A stretch of 63,601 nt of DNA, counting the filler, from Octopus bimaculoides (lineage: Eukaryota), in the NCBI RefSeq assembly GCF_001194135.2. It is 6 parts of 6 records of this genome, joined end to end, with 100 filler letters (N's around TTAATTAATTAA, not from the genome) between each part and the next. Parts side by side here need not be neighbours in the genome. Positions count along the whole stretch, not along the records: positions 16,195 to 35,293 come from NC_068983.1; positions 35,394 to 46,171 come from NC_068991.1; 4 more parts are not named here. One strand, written 5' to 3'. Below the pieces are notes generated by a model that did no database searches, was not told the DNA's origin, and saw only the letters and a program-made list of their open reading frames with translations. The position numbers and the translations under genes were made by a program. Below, piece after piece: positions 26,386 through 40,075 of this stretch (position 1 is the stretch's first letter; every line of letters starts with the position of its first letter).

Positions 26386-26443
<58 letters not shown>

Positions 26444-26481
26444 TTAGCATATATTTATNNNNNNNNNNNNNNNNNNNNNNN

Positions 26482-26526
<45 letters not shown>

Positions 26527-26528
26527 CA

Positions 26529-26559
<31 letters not shown>

Positions 26560-26784
26560 GTATGTATGTATATCAAAAAGTTATGCTCAGACAAGAGATA
26601 TGACGGGAATATCTATTATAGAGAGGACTCTGTGAGACCTGAGTGGTGGTGATGGTGGTAGTGAAGATAAACTGAGGAATGAATTAAGTTTAAGAGGGCT
26701 GAAGAGCAGAAAACTTTCTCACATTGGACTTGTCATGCAAGGACATCAAGGGGAAATGGTTGAATGGTCTTCATCATCAACATT

Positions 26785-26960
26785 CAACATCCGTTTTCCA
26801 TGCTGCTGTGGGATGGATGGCCTTACAGGAACTGGCAAAGCCACAGGCTACACCATGTTCCATAGTTTGTTTTGGTTTGGTTTCTGTGACTAGATACCCT
26901 TCCTAACACCAACCACTTTACAAAGTGTACTCAGTGCTTTTTACATGGCACCATTGCCAG
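26785..26960 (-). mobile_element. RTE-type 3' tail
   Basis: ttttccatgctgctgtgggatggatgg...tacccttcctaacaccaaccac...gtgctttttacatggcacc is the reverse complement of the tail family. Confidence 0.7.
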
Positions 26961-27829
26961 TTCTTTTTATGTGGTACCAGCACCCACACCAATACTTTTT
27001 ATGTGACATCTTGGTTTTAGGATCTCAATTCTGCTGTGGTGGTCAAGTATTTCAAATTCACTATAGATGTTTCGTGGTAATTTTGGGTGCACAGATTTCA
27101 TCTAACATTGGCTTGGGAGGACACTCTGCTCAGAAGAATTTTCATTCACGTTGCATCATGAAACAGAAGCTAAGTAGTAGGACTTAAACAACCCTCATAG
27201 AAAAATTTATACGCACATACTTTAAGAACAAAGTTTTAGGGGTATATTTTACTTCAGTATGCATCAAAGCTGTTGAACATATCTTGTGCAAAAGCAGGAT
27301 CCTTATTTATCTCATCACATCTGTATTAAACCCTGTGTGTTTATGCCTGATTTATTCTCTTGTATTTAGAAGAGACAATGAGTTTAAGTTTTGTATAGGT
27401 CCAGAGCATAGTGCTTATAAGAAGGCAGAACCTTAGGTTCTTCTCTCAAGTAATGCTTTGCCTTCATACAAAGCGAAATGTTTTGGGGAAGTATCAAACT
27501 GTCACATTTTGAGTCATTAATCCAGCAGACAAACCTTAGTATTGTTACATTTAGAGGCCCATAATAATTCATCCATGGCACTTGCCACCATCTACCTCTC
27601 TCTTCCTCTACTCTACTATCCCTTTTATATTCTGATCCCCATTCCTTGTGAGTATGCTCCTGCACTTCACCATTGCTCTCCTGTTCTCTCTAGCAGTATT
27701 GTTATTTCTGCCTCTCCCACCTTTTTCTGCTGCTCTGTCTCTCTGCCACTTTTGAACCTTTCACCATCTGACACAAGATCACCTCCTCCAATGACCCCTC
27801 TCCTCTCAAAGGATCTTTGTCTTGCAAGA

Positions 27830-28130
27830 TATTTGGTGACCCTGCTAGTGTTGGTGCCATGTAAAATCATGCAGTCTAGACTGTAAAGTGATCAGTGTTT
27901 GGAAGGGTATTCAGCTGTAAAACTATGCCAAAACTAACCTTGCCTGTGCTTGTACCACATAAAAAGCACCCTGCCCACTCTGTTGGGTGGTTGGTGTTAG
28001 GAAGGCCATCCAGCCATAAAACCCTGCCAAAACACACACAGAAGTTTGGTGCAGTCTCCTGCCTGTCCAGCACCTGTCAAACCATTCAATCGATGCTAAC
28101 ATGGACAGCAGAGGTGAAACAATGATAATG
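27830..28130 (+). mobile_element. RTE-type 3' tail, partly duplicated
   Basis: ttggaagggtattcagctgtaaaac and ttggtgttaggaaggccatccagccataaaacc, ending atgctaacatggac...atgataatga. Confidence 0.7.
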
Positions 28131-28699
28131 ATTTATATATAGTGGAGCCATACATACAATAAAGTAATTCTTGAACATGGAATAACTGTGAAAACAGCTT
28201 AGAATATTGGGCAAATTCCCTTAGAAGAGGGAACAAAGTGGCCAGCAAGCTGCTACAGAGCACTGGACCATGAACTTCTCAAATTCCAGTTGAGCACTCT
28301 GTACCATTAAGTTAAATGACCCCTGACAACATATACCATCTATTATAATACTGCATTATAATTTTATTGGTAGTCACTTTCAAGTTTTGACATGTTTGTG
28401 GATTACTCAAATTGTGTGAAACAATTTGAAGAATCCATCAGCCTGACGAAATTCTAATTTTACTGAATTTCAGTCAAATGGTGACTAGGGAAACACCCCC
28501 CCCCCCCGACACACACACACACGCACACACACACACACACACATACATATACAACAGGCTTTGTCTTGCAAGTTACTTGGTGACCCTGCCAGTGTTAGTG
28601 CCGTGTGTGTGTGTGTGTGCACATGTGTGTGCATTTGTGTGTGTGTAAATGTGATGTGTGTGTGTGTAAATGTGATGTGTGTGTGTGTATATCAAGCTT

Positions 28700-28877
28700 A
28701 GCAAGAGCTGCAGACATGGCTGCATGATTTAGAAGATTGCTTCCTAGTCACATCTTTTCAGGTTCAATCACATTACGTGGCATCTTGGACAAGTGTCTTT
28801 TACTTCAGCCGCAGTCCAACCAAATGCCTGTGAGTGAATTTGGTAGATGGAAACTGAAAGAAGCCTGTTGTATATGT

Positions 28878-28910
<33 letters not shown>

Positions 28911-29125
28911 TGTTTCCCCAGCCACCATCTGACCACTGATGTTGGTTTATTTACTTTACCATAATTTAGCAATTTGGCAATAAAGAGTGATAGAATAATT
29001 ACTAGACACAGGTCTTTGGTCAGCCCAGGGCTATAATAGAAGACACTTGCCCAAGGTGTCATTCAGTGAGACTGAACCTAAAATCATGTGGTTGAGAAGC
29101 AAATTCATTACCACACAGCCATACC
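28700..29125. mobile_element. SINE family A pair in inverted arrangement (plus copy 28700-29010, minus head 29010-29125)
   Basis: ggttcaatcac...ttggacaagtgtcttttact on plus; agaagacacttgcccaagg...gactgaacc on the opposite strand. Confidence 0.7.
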
Positions 29126-29649
29126 TTGTCATCATCATCATCATCATTATCATCATCATCATCATCACCATCATCATCATTGTCATCATCATCGTCACTA
29201 TTGTTTAGTGTCTGCTTTTGATGCTGGCATGGGTTGGACAGTTTGACAGGAGCTGGCAAGCTGGAGAGCTGCTTCAGGCTCCAAGTGTCACCCCTATGTA
29301 CCTCTGACCTAGTTCCTGGCATGGTGCATTTCATGCACACAGCCCCATCACTTCACATCACCTGTGCTGTCTCCTATTGCTTCTACCTTCTCCCCTCCAA
29401 AATCAATTTTCACCATCAAGCATGCCTCCACACTTGTTCACCATTTACTGTATTCACTTCCATTTCAATCTCTATCTGTCTGCTATTCTCCTTTCACAAT
29501 CTCATCAACTTACCCACCCGTTCAACATGTCCAGTCCTCATGTGCACATACACGCACACAGTCAGACACACACACATACACAGTCACACACATACACAAT
29601 CACACACACACACGCAGTCTCACACACGCGCACACACACACACACACAC

Positions 29650-29806
29650 GACAGGCTACTTTCAGTTTCTACCAAATTTACTCACAGGGATTTGGTCAGT
29701 CCAGGGCCATAGTTGAAGACACTTGGCCAAGATACCTCACCATGGGACTGAACCCAAGACCAGATGGATGGAAAACAAGCTTTCAACCACACTGCTATGC
29801 CTACAT
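29650..29806 (-). mobile_element. SINE family A, 5' half
   Basis: tttcagtttctaccaaatttactcacaggg...gggactgaacc. Confidence 0.8.
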
Positions 29807-30358
29807 CTAAAGTAGCATTTATGCTTTATTCATATTACCAGTGAAGTTAATACAGAATGGTTGTAATTGACTAGAGACTATAGATGGAAACTCTCTACAG
29901 GCAAAAGGTAATTCTGTCCTTGCTGCTCAGCTCAGGCAAAGTGTACAGGATGAAGGGTAAATCACTTCAGGTTTACCTGATGATTATATGACAGGGTTTC
30001 CAACATTACAATGAGAAGAACGGTCTGCAATATCTCTAAGTAGCTCTTTCACTTTTTGCATTGGGCAAAGCATCTCTAGTGTTTATTTCATTTGGTATGA
30101 ATTCCTATAGTCAGTGTGGACATTATCATTTATATAGCAAGTTCTCATTGATCAATAAATGGTGTCTGTTTCCTACACACACATACACATGCGCGCGCGC
30201 ATATATATATATATATATANNNNNNNNNNNNNNNNNNNNNNNNNNNNNNNNNNNNNNNNNNNNNNNNNNNNNNNNNNNNNNNNNNNNNNNNNNNNNNNNN
30301 NNNNNNNNNNNNNNNNNNNNNNNNNNNNNNNNNNNNNNNNNNNNNNNNNNNNNNNNNN

Positions 30359-30652
30359 NGAGCATTCCACAGACACGTGTACCCTTAACGTAGTCCTCGG
30401 GGATATTCAGCGTGACACAGTGTGACAAGGCTGACCCTTTGAAATATAGGTACAACACAAACAGGAAGAAAGAGTGAGAGAAAGTTGTGTTGAAAGAGTA
30501 CAGCAGGGTTCACCACCATCCCGTGCAAGAGCCTCATGGAGCCCTAGGTGTTTTCGCTCAATAAACACTCACAACGCCTGGTCTGGGAATCGAAACCGCT
30601 ATCCTATGACCGCAAGTCCGCTGCCCTAACCAATGGGCCATTGCGCCTCCAC
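30359..30652 (-). mobile_element. SINE family C (3' end lost in gap)
   Basis: Collinear with 18400-18688. Confidence 0.9.
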
Positions 30653-30944
30653 AATATATATATATATATATATACACATGTGTGTGTGGGTGCATGTATG
30701 GATGTTACTATTTCATTGTCTTGATATTGCAGGATAGTTGTAAATGAGTGCCTGTATCATGCAAGCAGTGTCGTTCATTTCAAATCTTTCAAAAAAGCAT
30801 ATCTGGCCATGAAGAAATATTACTCGACATGAAAACATGAGAGTTGGCAACAGGAAGGGCATCAAGCTGTAGGAAATCTGCCTCAAAAATTTTTCAATCA
30901 TGCATGGAATAGTGGGCATTTAAATCATGATTGTGATTATGATA

Positions 30945-30978
<34 letters not shown>

Positions 30979-31084
30979 GAGAATATACAAATAATAACAA
31001 CAGACGAGGACAGGTGGTGTAAATAACAAAAGTATATATTAGTATGACGCTCGGGAATATACACGTATATATATAATATACATA

Positions 31085-32143
31085 TTGAGTCATCCCATAA
31101 CTAATGCAGATTTTTCAATTGTAGGAACTAAAAGTCAGAGGGGGACAGGATAAACTACCTGCATCAACTTGCTATGAAAGCAGGCAATAATTTTACCTTG
31201 TACTTATTCTTAGTGCAAGTTTTGAAGAGTGCAGTTTGATTTTAACAGTTTTTTTTTCAAAGCTATAATGGAAGTGACAAAGGAGCATATTTGGCATGTT
31301 TTGCTTTATGAATTCAATAAAGGCAACAATGCAACGGAAAGTGTGAGGAATATTAATGTAGTTTATGGGGACTGGGCAATAAGCATAAGCCAGTGTCACT
31401 GGTGATTCCAGAAATTCTGAGCTGAAAACTACAGCCTAGAAGATGAGACTCATCCTGGAAGAACTATAGAGCTCGACAAGGACATCCTACAAACCTTGGT
31501 GAAACAAAATCCCATTATAACTGTTGAGGAGCTAGCAGAGAAGCTTGGATTTGGCCATTCAACCATTCATTGACACCTGTGTGTCATCGGAAAAGTCAGC
31601 AAATTGGCGTTGTTATCTGTTTGATGGGATATGAAAGGCTTAGTCCATTTTGAACTTTTAAACCCACACCAAACAATTACAAAGATCTACTGCAAGCAGC
31701 TTGAGCAGCTTAAGTCAGCATTAGAAGAAAAACAACCATCTTTGGTTTCAAGACGAAAGGTGTTCTACCAGGATAATGCTTGGCCACATACAGCAAGGAT
31801 GACATTCCAAAGGCTGGAACAGTTTGAATGGGAAACGATGTCCCACACATCATATTCAATAGACATTGCCCCATCTGATTATCATTTATTTGGCAGTCTT
31901 CAAAATCATTTGAATGAATAAAATATGAATTTTGTAGACGAGGTCAGAGCAGCAAAGGAGGAGTATTTTTCATCACGGACAAGTGAATTTTGGAAGAGGG
32001 GCCTTGCAAGTCTACCAGATAGATGGAAGAACATTGTAGAGAATGAAGGAGAGTATATCTTAGATTAAAAAAGAACTTCGTTAATCTTAATTTTGAAAAA
32101 TAAAAGAAGTATAAAAAACCACATTATTTATGGGATGACGCAA
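31085..32143 (+). mobile_element. Mariner (DD34D) transposon relic with both TIRs and an internal deletion
   Basis: TIRs ttgagtcatcccataactaatgc (31085) and acattatttatgggatgacgcaa (to 32143). Transposase from ATG 31268 (MEVTKEHIWHVLLYEFNKG...) has stops; DNAWPH...YSIDIAPSD gives 34 residues between the Ds; the WVPHEL-to-first-D segment is deleted. Confidence 0.93.
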
Positions 32144-32849
32144 GAAAACAAAATTCACAACTTGCAAAATAAACACAGCGATATCACTTGGCACACTACC
32201 TCATGAAGGTCACTGCTTGCTCTCACTGCACATGCAACCATGTGCTGCCATCTGTTGGTGTGCTACAGAACTAGCCCAGAAACATTTTGATACCATCTTG
32301 TATAATAGAGGGATAGAAATAGTTGTCTTACTGTTGAGGAGATACTTGGCTACCCCAGTAGGACAAGGAACGAGAGGAATGTGGGAGAGAATTAGAGACC
32401 GAGATAGAAAATCAGTTAGGATGAGAGAGTGAGAAATAGATGGTATTGGAGATGTATGGGGTATACCAACAGGGAACAATGAGGGTAGTATAAATAATAC
32501 AGAGGGGATAAAGGGGGATGTTCCATAAGAGGGTAATGGGGAAGACATGCCTATAGCAAGTGATAGTAGGAAAAATTGGAGCAGGTGACAACAGGGTATG
32601 GTAGATATGTGAGGGCATGGAGAATGTGCTGATAGTCATGAGAGGGAGAGTGGTGGTGGGACTGCAGCTGGTGAAACACACGAGGGAGAGTGGGGAGGAG
32701 GGGCCTGCAGTGGGTGATGGGGGTCGTTAGAAGATGGGTTGTATGTGTGAGTGTGTGTGTGGGGGGGTGACAGTGGACAGATTATGTGTGTATGTGAGTG
32801 GTGGGTGGATGGCCATATGTGAAATGCCTGTACATATTGATGGCCATGC

Positions 32850-33990
32850 TTAGCTTGACATGTCTTCTCAAGCACAGCAAATCATCGGAATTCTTGGTCT
32901 CTTGTCATCACCATGAAGCTCAACATTGGCAGATCGTTTCCCACCATTTTGTCCCATGTCATCTTGTGTCTACTCCTTCCTCAGATTCTCTACACTATTT
33001 AGAAACTGGTACTTCTTGACACAACTGTCCTCATCCATGCACATCACATGACCATACTAGTGCAGTCTTCTCTTTTGAACACTACGTCTGATGCCTCTTA
33101 TACCTAATTTTTCTCCAAGTCATTTACATACAGTTATATATGCACACTGACATTACCCATCCAGTGAAGAATGCTGGATTCATCTCTTTCAAGTCTTCAT
33201 ATGCCTTCTGTAGTCTCAGAACATGTTTCACTGTTATGTAGCATAGCCGTTGATACACAGGCATCATACAACCTGCCCTCTGCTCTGAGGGAGAGGCCTT
33301 TTGTTACCAGCAAAGGTAGAAGCCCTCTGAACTTTGCCCAGCCTGTTCTTATTCTAGCAACTTTGCTTTCAGAGCATCCTTCTCCACTGTTAACTTGGTC
33401 ACCTAGGTAATGGAGGCTATCTACTACTTCTAAGGATAAATACTTATGAAAAAGTCTATTTCCTGTACATTCTCAGTGTTTATTGTACCTGCGCATCTGC
33501 CTCACAGAAAGACTACTTTCTCTGTTAATCTTCCTGTGATACCGCTGCACCTCTTATGTGTCCATAGTTTTCACTGGGTATGGAATTTCTACCTACACCT
33601 TTTCTACATACAGAGCAGGGCCATCTCCCTGAAGGGATTAGTAACCTGTCTATTTTCCTACTTACTACGACTTGGGTCTTTGCTAAATTTCTAAAGCCCT
33701 TTGATTCCAGACCTTCCTTCCACACTTGAAATTTCTTCTCTAGTTCTGGCAATGATTCAGCTATAAGAACAAAGTCATCAGCATAGAGGAGCTCCCCACC
33801 AAAGGCAGCCAATCTTGAATTCCTCTGTTATGGCCTGGAGGACTATGACAAATACTCCTCGATATAGTTCTCTGCTACCACCACTCATGTACCTATACAG
33901 ACCAAGTTGATTTAATGGGAGGAGTGAACTAATGTACAGCAGAAGCATTTGATCACTAGAAACAAACCATCTGTGCAGGTTATTCACCAA
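32850..33990 (-). mobile_element. RTE-clade LINE, reverse transcriptase and C-terminus, degenerate
   Basis: LQAITEEFKIG...ELLYADDFVLIAESLPELEKKFQVWKEGLESKG (YADD at 33785-33774), RWPCSVCRKGVGRNSI, and terminal EKTCQAK. Confidence 0.88.
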
Positions 33991-34256
33991 AAAATAGTGG
34001 AACTCTCATCTATCACATACATCAGAAGAGTCCACCATGTATATATATATATGTGTGCATATANNNNNNNNNNNNNNNNNNNNNNNNNNNNNNNNNNNNN
34101 NNNNNNNNNNNNNNNNNNNNNNNNNNNNNNNNNNNNNNNNNNNNNNNNNNNNNNATATATGCTTATGTGAGCATCTGCACACATGTGCAGAGATATATAT
34201 ATGTATATTTGTGTGTGTGTGTATGTGTCCTTATTATAATGTTTGTATACAAGTAT

Positions 34257-34315
34257 TTATTAGGAGAAACACCACTTTTAGGTAGTTGCCTGAAGGCTGG
34301 TGTTTCTCCTAGTAA
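34257..34315. other. 59-nt near-perfect hairpin
   Basis: ttattaggagaaacacca pairs with tggtgtttctcctagtaa (18 bp, one G-U); the inner cttttaggt/gcctgaagg adds about 9 more pairs. Confidence 0.85.
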
Positions 34316-34859
34316 TAATAATTATGATAATGGAAGTATCATCTGTGATTTTCCCAGATTTTATAGATATGTGCATATTTGTAGTAATTCCTAACAATAT
34401 TCTTGTTGCAAACATTTCACATTGATATGTCATCAAGAGAGAAAAACAAACAAGGGAATTTTTTCATTGTTGCCTGACCAGCTAGAAATCCCAACCAAAT
34501 CACCTTTAAAGCATATTCTATCATTTTTGATAGGGAAAGACACAAGGGATAAACTGTGTGTAAAAAATAAATGACACAAGAGCCAGTATTGGAATATAAT
34601 TGATCAGAGATCTATTTGATAAAAATAACTGATTGAAGCCTAAACTACTATTACAACAGGAACAAAATACATCAATATAACTGTTTCCAATTTTGGCACA
34701 GAGCCAGAAATTTATATAATTGTTATTTTACTTCTGTATCACAATGTTTCATTCAGGCTACAATGCTCTTCATATATGCATGTATGCATGTATGTATGTG
34801 CGTATTTCCTTTTTGGAACAGTGAAACTTGAAGTAGATAAAACTATAAATAATGGTTTC

Positions 34860-35068
34860 AAAGTTTGGTACAAGGCCTGTAATTTTTTGAGAAGGGCTAA
34901 ATGAATTACGTCAGCCCCATTTCTCAACTGGTACTTATTTCATTGACCCCAAAAGGATGAAAAGTAAAGTCAACACCGGCAGCATTTGAACTCAGAACAA
35001 AAAGTTGGAAAAATATATTGCTAAGCATTTTGTCTGGAACGGTGTTGATTCTGCCATCTCATTGCCTT
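34860..35068 (-). mobile_element. SINE family B, degenerate
   Basis: gaccccaaaaggatgaaaagtaaagtcaacaccggcagcatttgaactcagaac. Confidence 0.75.
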
Positions 35069-35121
35069 AATAAAGCTATAAATAAAAGAATATATACTCA
35101 AATTCATTTCTGTTTCTACTG

Positions 35122-35280
35122 TCTGTTAAGAGTGGCTGTGTGGTAAGAAGCTTGCTTCCCAACCACATGGTTCTTAGTGTAGTCCAACTGTGCAGCACCT
35201 TAGGCAAATGTCTTCTACTATAGCCTTGTGAATGGATTTGGTAGATGAAAACTGAAAGAAGTCCCTCGTATATATATATA
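35122..35280 (+). mobile_element. SINE family A, 5' half
   Basis: gagtggctgtgtggtaagaagcttgcttcccaaccacatggttc...actgaaagaagtccctcg. Confidence 0.85.
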
Positions 35281-35444
35281 TAGATATATATGTNNNNNNN
35301 NNNNNNNNNNNNNNNNNNNNNNNNNNNNNNNNNNNNNTTAATTAATTAANNNNNNNNNNNNNNNNNNNNNNNNNNNNNNNNNNNNNNNNNNNNATATATA
35401 TATATATATATATATACATATATACATATACATATATATTTTAT

Positions 35445-35620
35445 TATTCTTTTATTATTTAATTTTTTTATCTGTTACAGTCATTTGACTGCGGCCATGT
35501 TGGTGCACTGCCTTTGGTCGAACAAACTGACCCCGGGACTTATTCTCTGTAAGCGTAGCGCATATTCTATCGGTTAAATGTTGCCGAACCGCTGAGTTAC
35601 GTTTGCCAAGGATAGTGATG
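35445..35620 (-). mobile_element. SINE family A, 3' half
   Basis: cagtcatttgactgcggccatgttggtgcac...gccgaaccgctgagttacg. Confidence 0.85.
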
Positions 35621-36119
35621 GTAGTGGTAGGGTTTACAAATACACCCACACCCACATATATATACACACACATATATATGCGTTTTGATAGGCTGTTCTA
35701 TTTGTATTTTATTCGTATATATAATTTTACTTTCTTTATTCTTATGCATATGTATACTTTTCTTATATATTTAAAACCGCCAGGTTACATACGTATTTAT
35801 AAACATATACATGTAAATGTGTGCATAATATAAATATATATTTGATATATATGCAAATGTATATACACGGATCATATATAGTATATGTATCTCTGTGTAA
35901 GTGTGTGTATTTATGACTGGGTTTCATTTACTCTATGATGGTATACTTGCATATCGTATGTAATATAATATCACATATATAATATAATATGTATATATAT
36001 ACATTACATATATATATATAAAATGCATTTTTATATTATATATATTATGTAACACACACATATGTTATATAATATACTATATAAATATGAATTTTATATA
36101 TAAGTATATATATATATGT

Positions 36120-36345
36120 TTGTGTGTTTGTGTGTCTGTGTTTGTCCCCCCCCCCCACTATCGCTTGACAACCGATGCTGGGGTGTTTACGTCCCCGTAA
36201 CGTAGCGGTTCGGCAAAAAGAGACCGATAGAATAAGTAGTAGGCTTACAAAGAATAAGTCCTGGGGTCGATTTTCTCGACTAAATGCGGTGCTCCAGCAT
36301 GGCCGCAGTCAAAAATGACTGAAACAAGTACAAGAGTAAAGAGTA
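36120..36345 (+). mobile_element. SINE family A, 3' half
   Basis: atcgcttgacaaccgatgctgg...ggtgctccagcatggccgcagtc. Confidence 0.9.
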
Positions 36346-36984
36346 CATACATATATATCATATATATATATATATATATATATANNNNNNNNNNNNNNNN
36401 NNNNNNNNNNNNNNNNNNNNNNNNNNNNNNNNNNNNNNNNNNNNNNNNNNNNNNNNNNNNNNNNNNNNNNNNNNNNNNNNNNNNNNNNNNNNNNNNNNNN
36501 NNNNNNNNNNNNNNNNNNNNNNNNNNNNNNNNNNNNNNNNNNNNNNNNNNNNNNNNNNNNNNNNNNNNNNNNNNNNNNNNNNNNNNNNNNNNNNNNNNNN
36601 NNNNNNNNNNNNNNNNNNNNNNNNNNNNNNNNNNNNNNNNNNNNNNNNNNNNNNNNNNNNNNNNNNNNNNNNNNNNNNNNNNNNNNNNNNNNNNNNNNNN
36701 NNNNNNNNNNNNNNNNNNNNNNNNNNNNNNNNNNNNNNNNNNNNNNNNNNNNNNNNNNNNNNNNNNNNNNNNNNNNNNNNNNNNNNNNNNNNNNNNNNNN
36801 NNNNNNNNNNNNNNNNNNNNNNNNNNNNNNNNNNNNNNNNNNNNNNNNNNNNNNNNNNNNNNNNNNNNNNNNNNNNNNNNNNNNNNNNNNNNNNNNNNNN
36901 NNNNNNNNNNNNNNNNNNNNNNNNNNNNNNTGTGTGTGCGTCTGTGTGTGTGTATACATACATATATATATGTGTATATGTATG

Positions 36985-37049
<65 letters not shown>

Positions 37050-37293
37050 GTAGCAATGTACTTATCTAATATATATATCTATATTTAATATACATGGGTA
37101 ATTTTTAGGGTATATATATGTACATACACGCGCACTCACAGAACAAATAATAATGTGCATTTAATACACACTTGATTCTGTATGATATTTCTATACGTAT
37201 TAGTTTTTGCGTCTGTATGCATGTGTCTATATATGCACATATATATGTACATACATATATGCATATACATTCATATATATATATGGATGCATA

Positions 37294-37369
<76 letters not shown>

Positions 37370-39552
37370 CATATGCATATATACACTCACGCACATATGC
37401 TCATACATATATATATATATTTAAACATCCATATGCACACATGCATACACATATCCCACCACACATGCACCAATGGATACTGCACTGCTTTCGTCAACCA
37501 AATTAACTCAGAAACTATTTGTGGCCCCTTGAGCTGTAGTAGAAATCTTTCGTTCCAGAGGAACGATCCCTTCTATCTATTACCGCGGGTTTCCGTCTGC
37601 TAGGCCAAGGGTTTACGTGCAAAGGATGCCAATGTAGAAAATACTTGTCATATATGTTACTCCGTGGATCCGAAACCGAAAACAAGCGGTTGCGAAGCGA
37701 TCTCCCTAGCCATACGGTTATGGTGTAGTAAAATATAATTAATAAAGTCAAACCCGACGACCTCCCGTTATTTAATCGGTAACTAAGTAGACACAACATT
37801 TGGAACTTTGAAGATGTGAAGAAGATTGACTTAAAATTCCTGTTGTTGCATTTAGCTTCGTCCTAGGATGGTATGAGACAAGCACAAGCATAAGTATGTA
37901 TGTATATATATAAATATATACGTATATATACATATATATATATACNNNNNNNNNNNNNNNNNNNNNNNNNNNNNNNNNNNNNNNNNNNNNNNNNNNNNNN
38001 NNNNNNNNNNNNNNNNNNNNNNNNNNNNNNNNNNNNNNNNNNNNNNNNNNNNNNNNNNNNNNNNNNNNNNNNNNNNNNNNNNNNNNNNNNNNNNNNNNNN
38101 NNNNNNNNNNNNNNNNNNNNNNNNNNNNNNNNNNNNNNNNNNNNNNNNNNNNNNNNNNNNNNNNNNNNNNNNNNNNNNNNNNNNNNNNNNNNNNNNNNNN
38201 NNNNNNNNNNNNNNNNNNNNNNNNNNNNNNNNNNNNNNNNNNNNNNNNNNNNNNNNNNNNNNNNNNNNNNNNNNNNNNNNNNNNNNNNNNNNNNNNNNNN
38301 NNNNNNNNNNNNNNNNNNNNNNNNNNNNNNNNNNNNNNNNNNNNNNNNNNNNNNNNNNNNNNNNNNNNNNNNNNNNNNNNNNNNNNNNNNNNNNNNNNNN
38401 NNNNNNNNNNNNNNNNNNNNNNNNNNNNNNNNNNNNNNNNNNNNNNNNNNNNNNNNNNNNNNNNNNNNNNNNNNNNNNNNNNNNNNNNNNNNNNNNNNNN
38501 NNNNNNNNNNNATGTATGTATGTATGTATATACATATTTATATTCTGCTGGGGTAGTATTTTGTCATTTACCTTTCGGCTGGTGTGGAGATGGATTAGTT
38601 AAGGCCCAGATCAATTTCAATGGGTGATATAAGTGGTTGTTCTCCTATCAGGCCACACTACATCCACTCAGCGTCTTGTGACCTCGACCGTATGGCAGAT
38701 GATATTGTAAGATGGTAGAGTTGTTAGCGCGTCGCACATATATCCATACGTAATACTTAATGGTATTTCTGGTTCAACAAGACTGCGAGCTGGCAGAATC
38801 GTCAAAATGACTGAAACAAATAGAAGAAGAAAAGAAGAAAAGAAGAAAAGAAGAAAAGAAGAAAAGAACACCCCTAGGCGTCCGATCCTTGGAAACGAGG
38901 CAAACGCGTGAATTCCCGACAGGAAAACGTAGAGACGATCCAGAAAATACAGGACAACGGAAGCTTCACTGCTTCGGGCCGCCAGTTTGGGGTCAATGAC
39001 TCTTCCATTCGTTCCATACATAACATGCATGCAGATGATTCATTTATCACGGTGTCTTGTTGTTTGGAACCAAGTCTCCGTGATAAACGAGTCTAGATAT
39101 TCTAGATTATTCCACTGTGCATTGAAGACGCACGACTGTAGGGTTGTTCGGTTTATCTCGATAAGGTTGTCTGAGAGTAGAATTTTTAGCCGGAGCAGTG
39201 CATTGTACCCTTGAGCAAGATACTTCATTTCACATTGCGCCAGTCCACACCGCCGCGTACTGGTGCCGCTCTATTTCCTTCTGTCTGTCATACTCTGCAG
39301 GTGCTGTTTTGTTGTCGATTTGACTGAGAGTGTTTCTATGTCTGCTCACCACATCATAATCTCCTAAAACAATAAACGAAAGTAGGGTAAATGACATGCG
39401 TTCGCTAATTACTTCAGATGTAAAATGACGGCTGGATGTACTTTATCTAATCTGACCTTTCTTTCAAAGACTGCGAGGAGTTTTTCAATTCTTATCTCTC
39501 TCTCACTCTTCCTATCTCTCTCCTCTCCTTATCATCATCATCATCATCATCA

Positions 39553-39621
<69 letters not shown>

Positions 39622-39622
<1 letters not shown>

Positions 39623-39833
39623 GGTGGTGAGCTGGCAGAATCATTAGCGCGCTGGACGAAATGCTTAGCGGTATTTCACCCGTCGCTACATTCTAAGTTC
39701 AAATTCTGCCGAGGTCGACTTTACCTTTCGTCATTTCGGGGTCGATAAATTAAGCACCAGCTAATCATTGGGGTCAATTCGATCGACTATTCCCCTCCCC
39801 ACAAAATCCAGGCCTTGTGCCTGTAGTAGAAAG
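39622..39833 (+). mobile_element. SINE family B, full length, within an (ATT)n tract
   Basis: aaggtggtgagctggcagaatcattagcgc...gttcaaattctgccgaggtcgac...ggccttgtgcctgtagtagaaag. Confidence 0.9.
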
Positions 39834-39860
39834 AATTGTTATTATTATTATTATTATTAT

Positions 39861-40075
39861 GGTTTAGTAGTTTTATTTTTATAACGTGCTTTCACTTCAC
39901 TACCGAGCGCAGCCCTGTGTGCCTTGGGTATGTACTGTGGTTTGCTGTGATGCTCTTATGGTTACTGTATTGAAAGTGTTTTGCGTAGGATGTGTGCAGT
40001 GCCCAGTAGTGCAATTTTCTGTATGTTATATATATTTGTACGTCCTGGTGTCTTTGTTATGTATTTGCCTGAATC
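39861..40075 (-). mobile_element. 5'-truncated R4/Dong-like LINE (RLE C-terminus plus 3' UTR) flanked by (TAA)n
   Basis: ...KYITKTPGRTNIYNIQKIALLGTAHILRKTLSIQ* resembles the RLE-LINE terminal motif 'lQKavllGta.ilrkvl'; (ATT)n on both sides. Confidence 0.8.
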
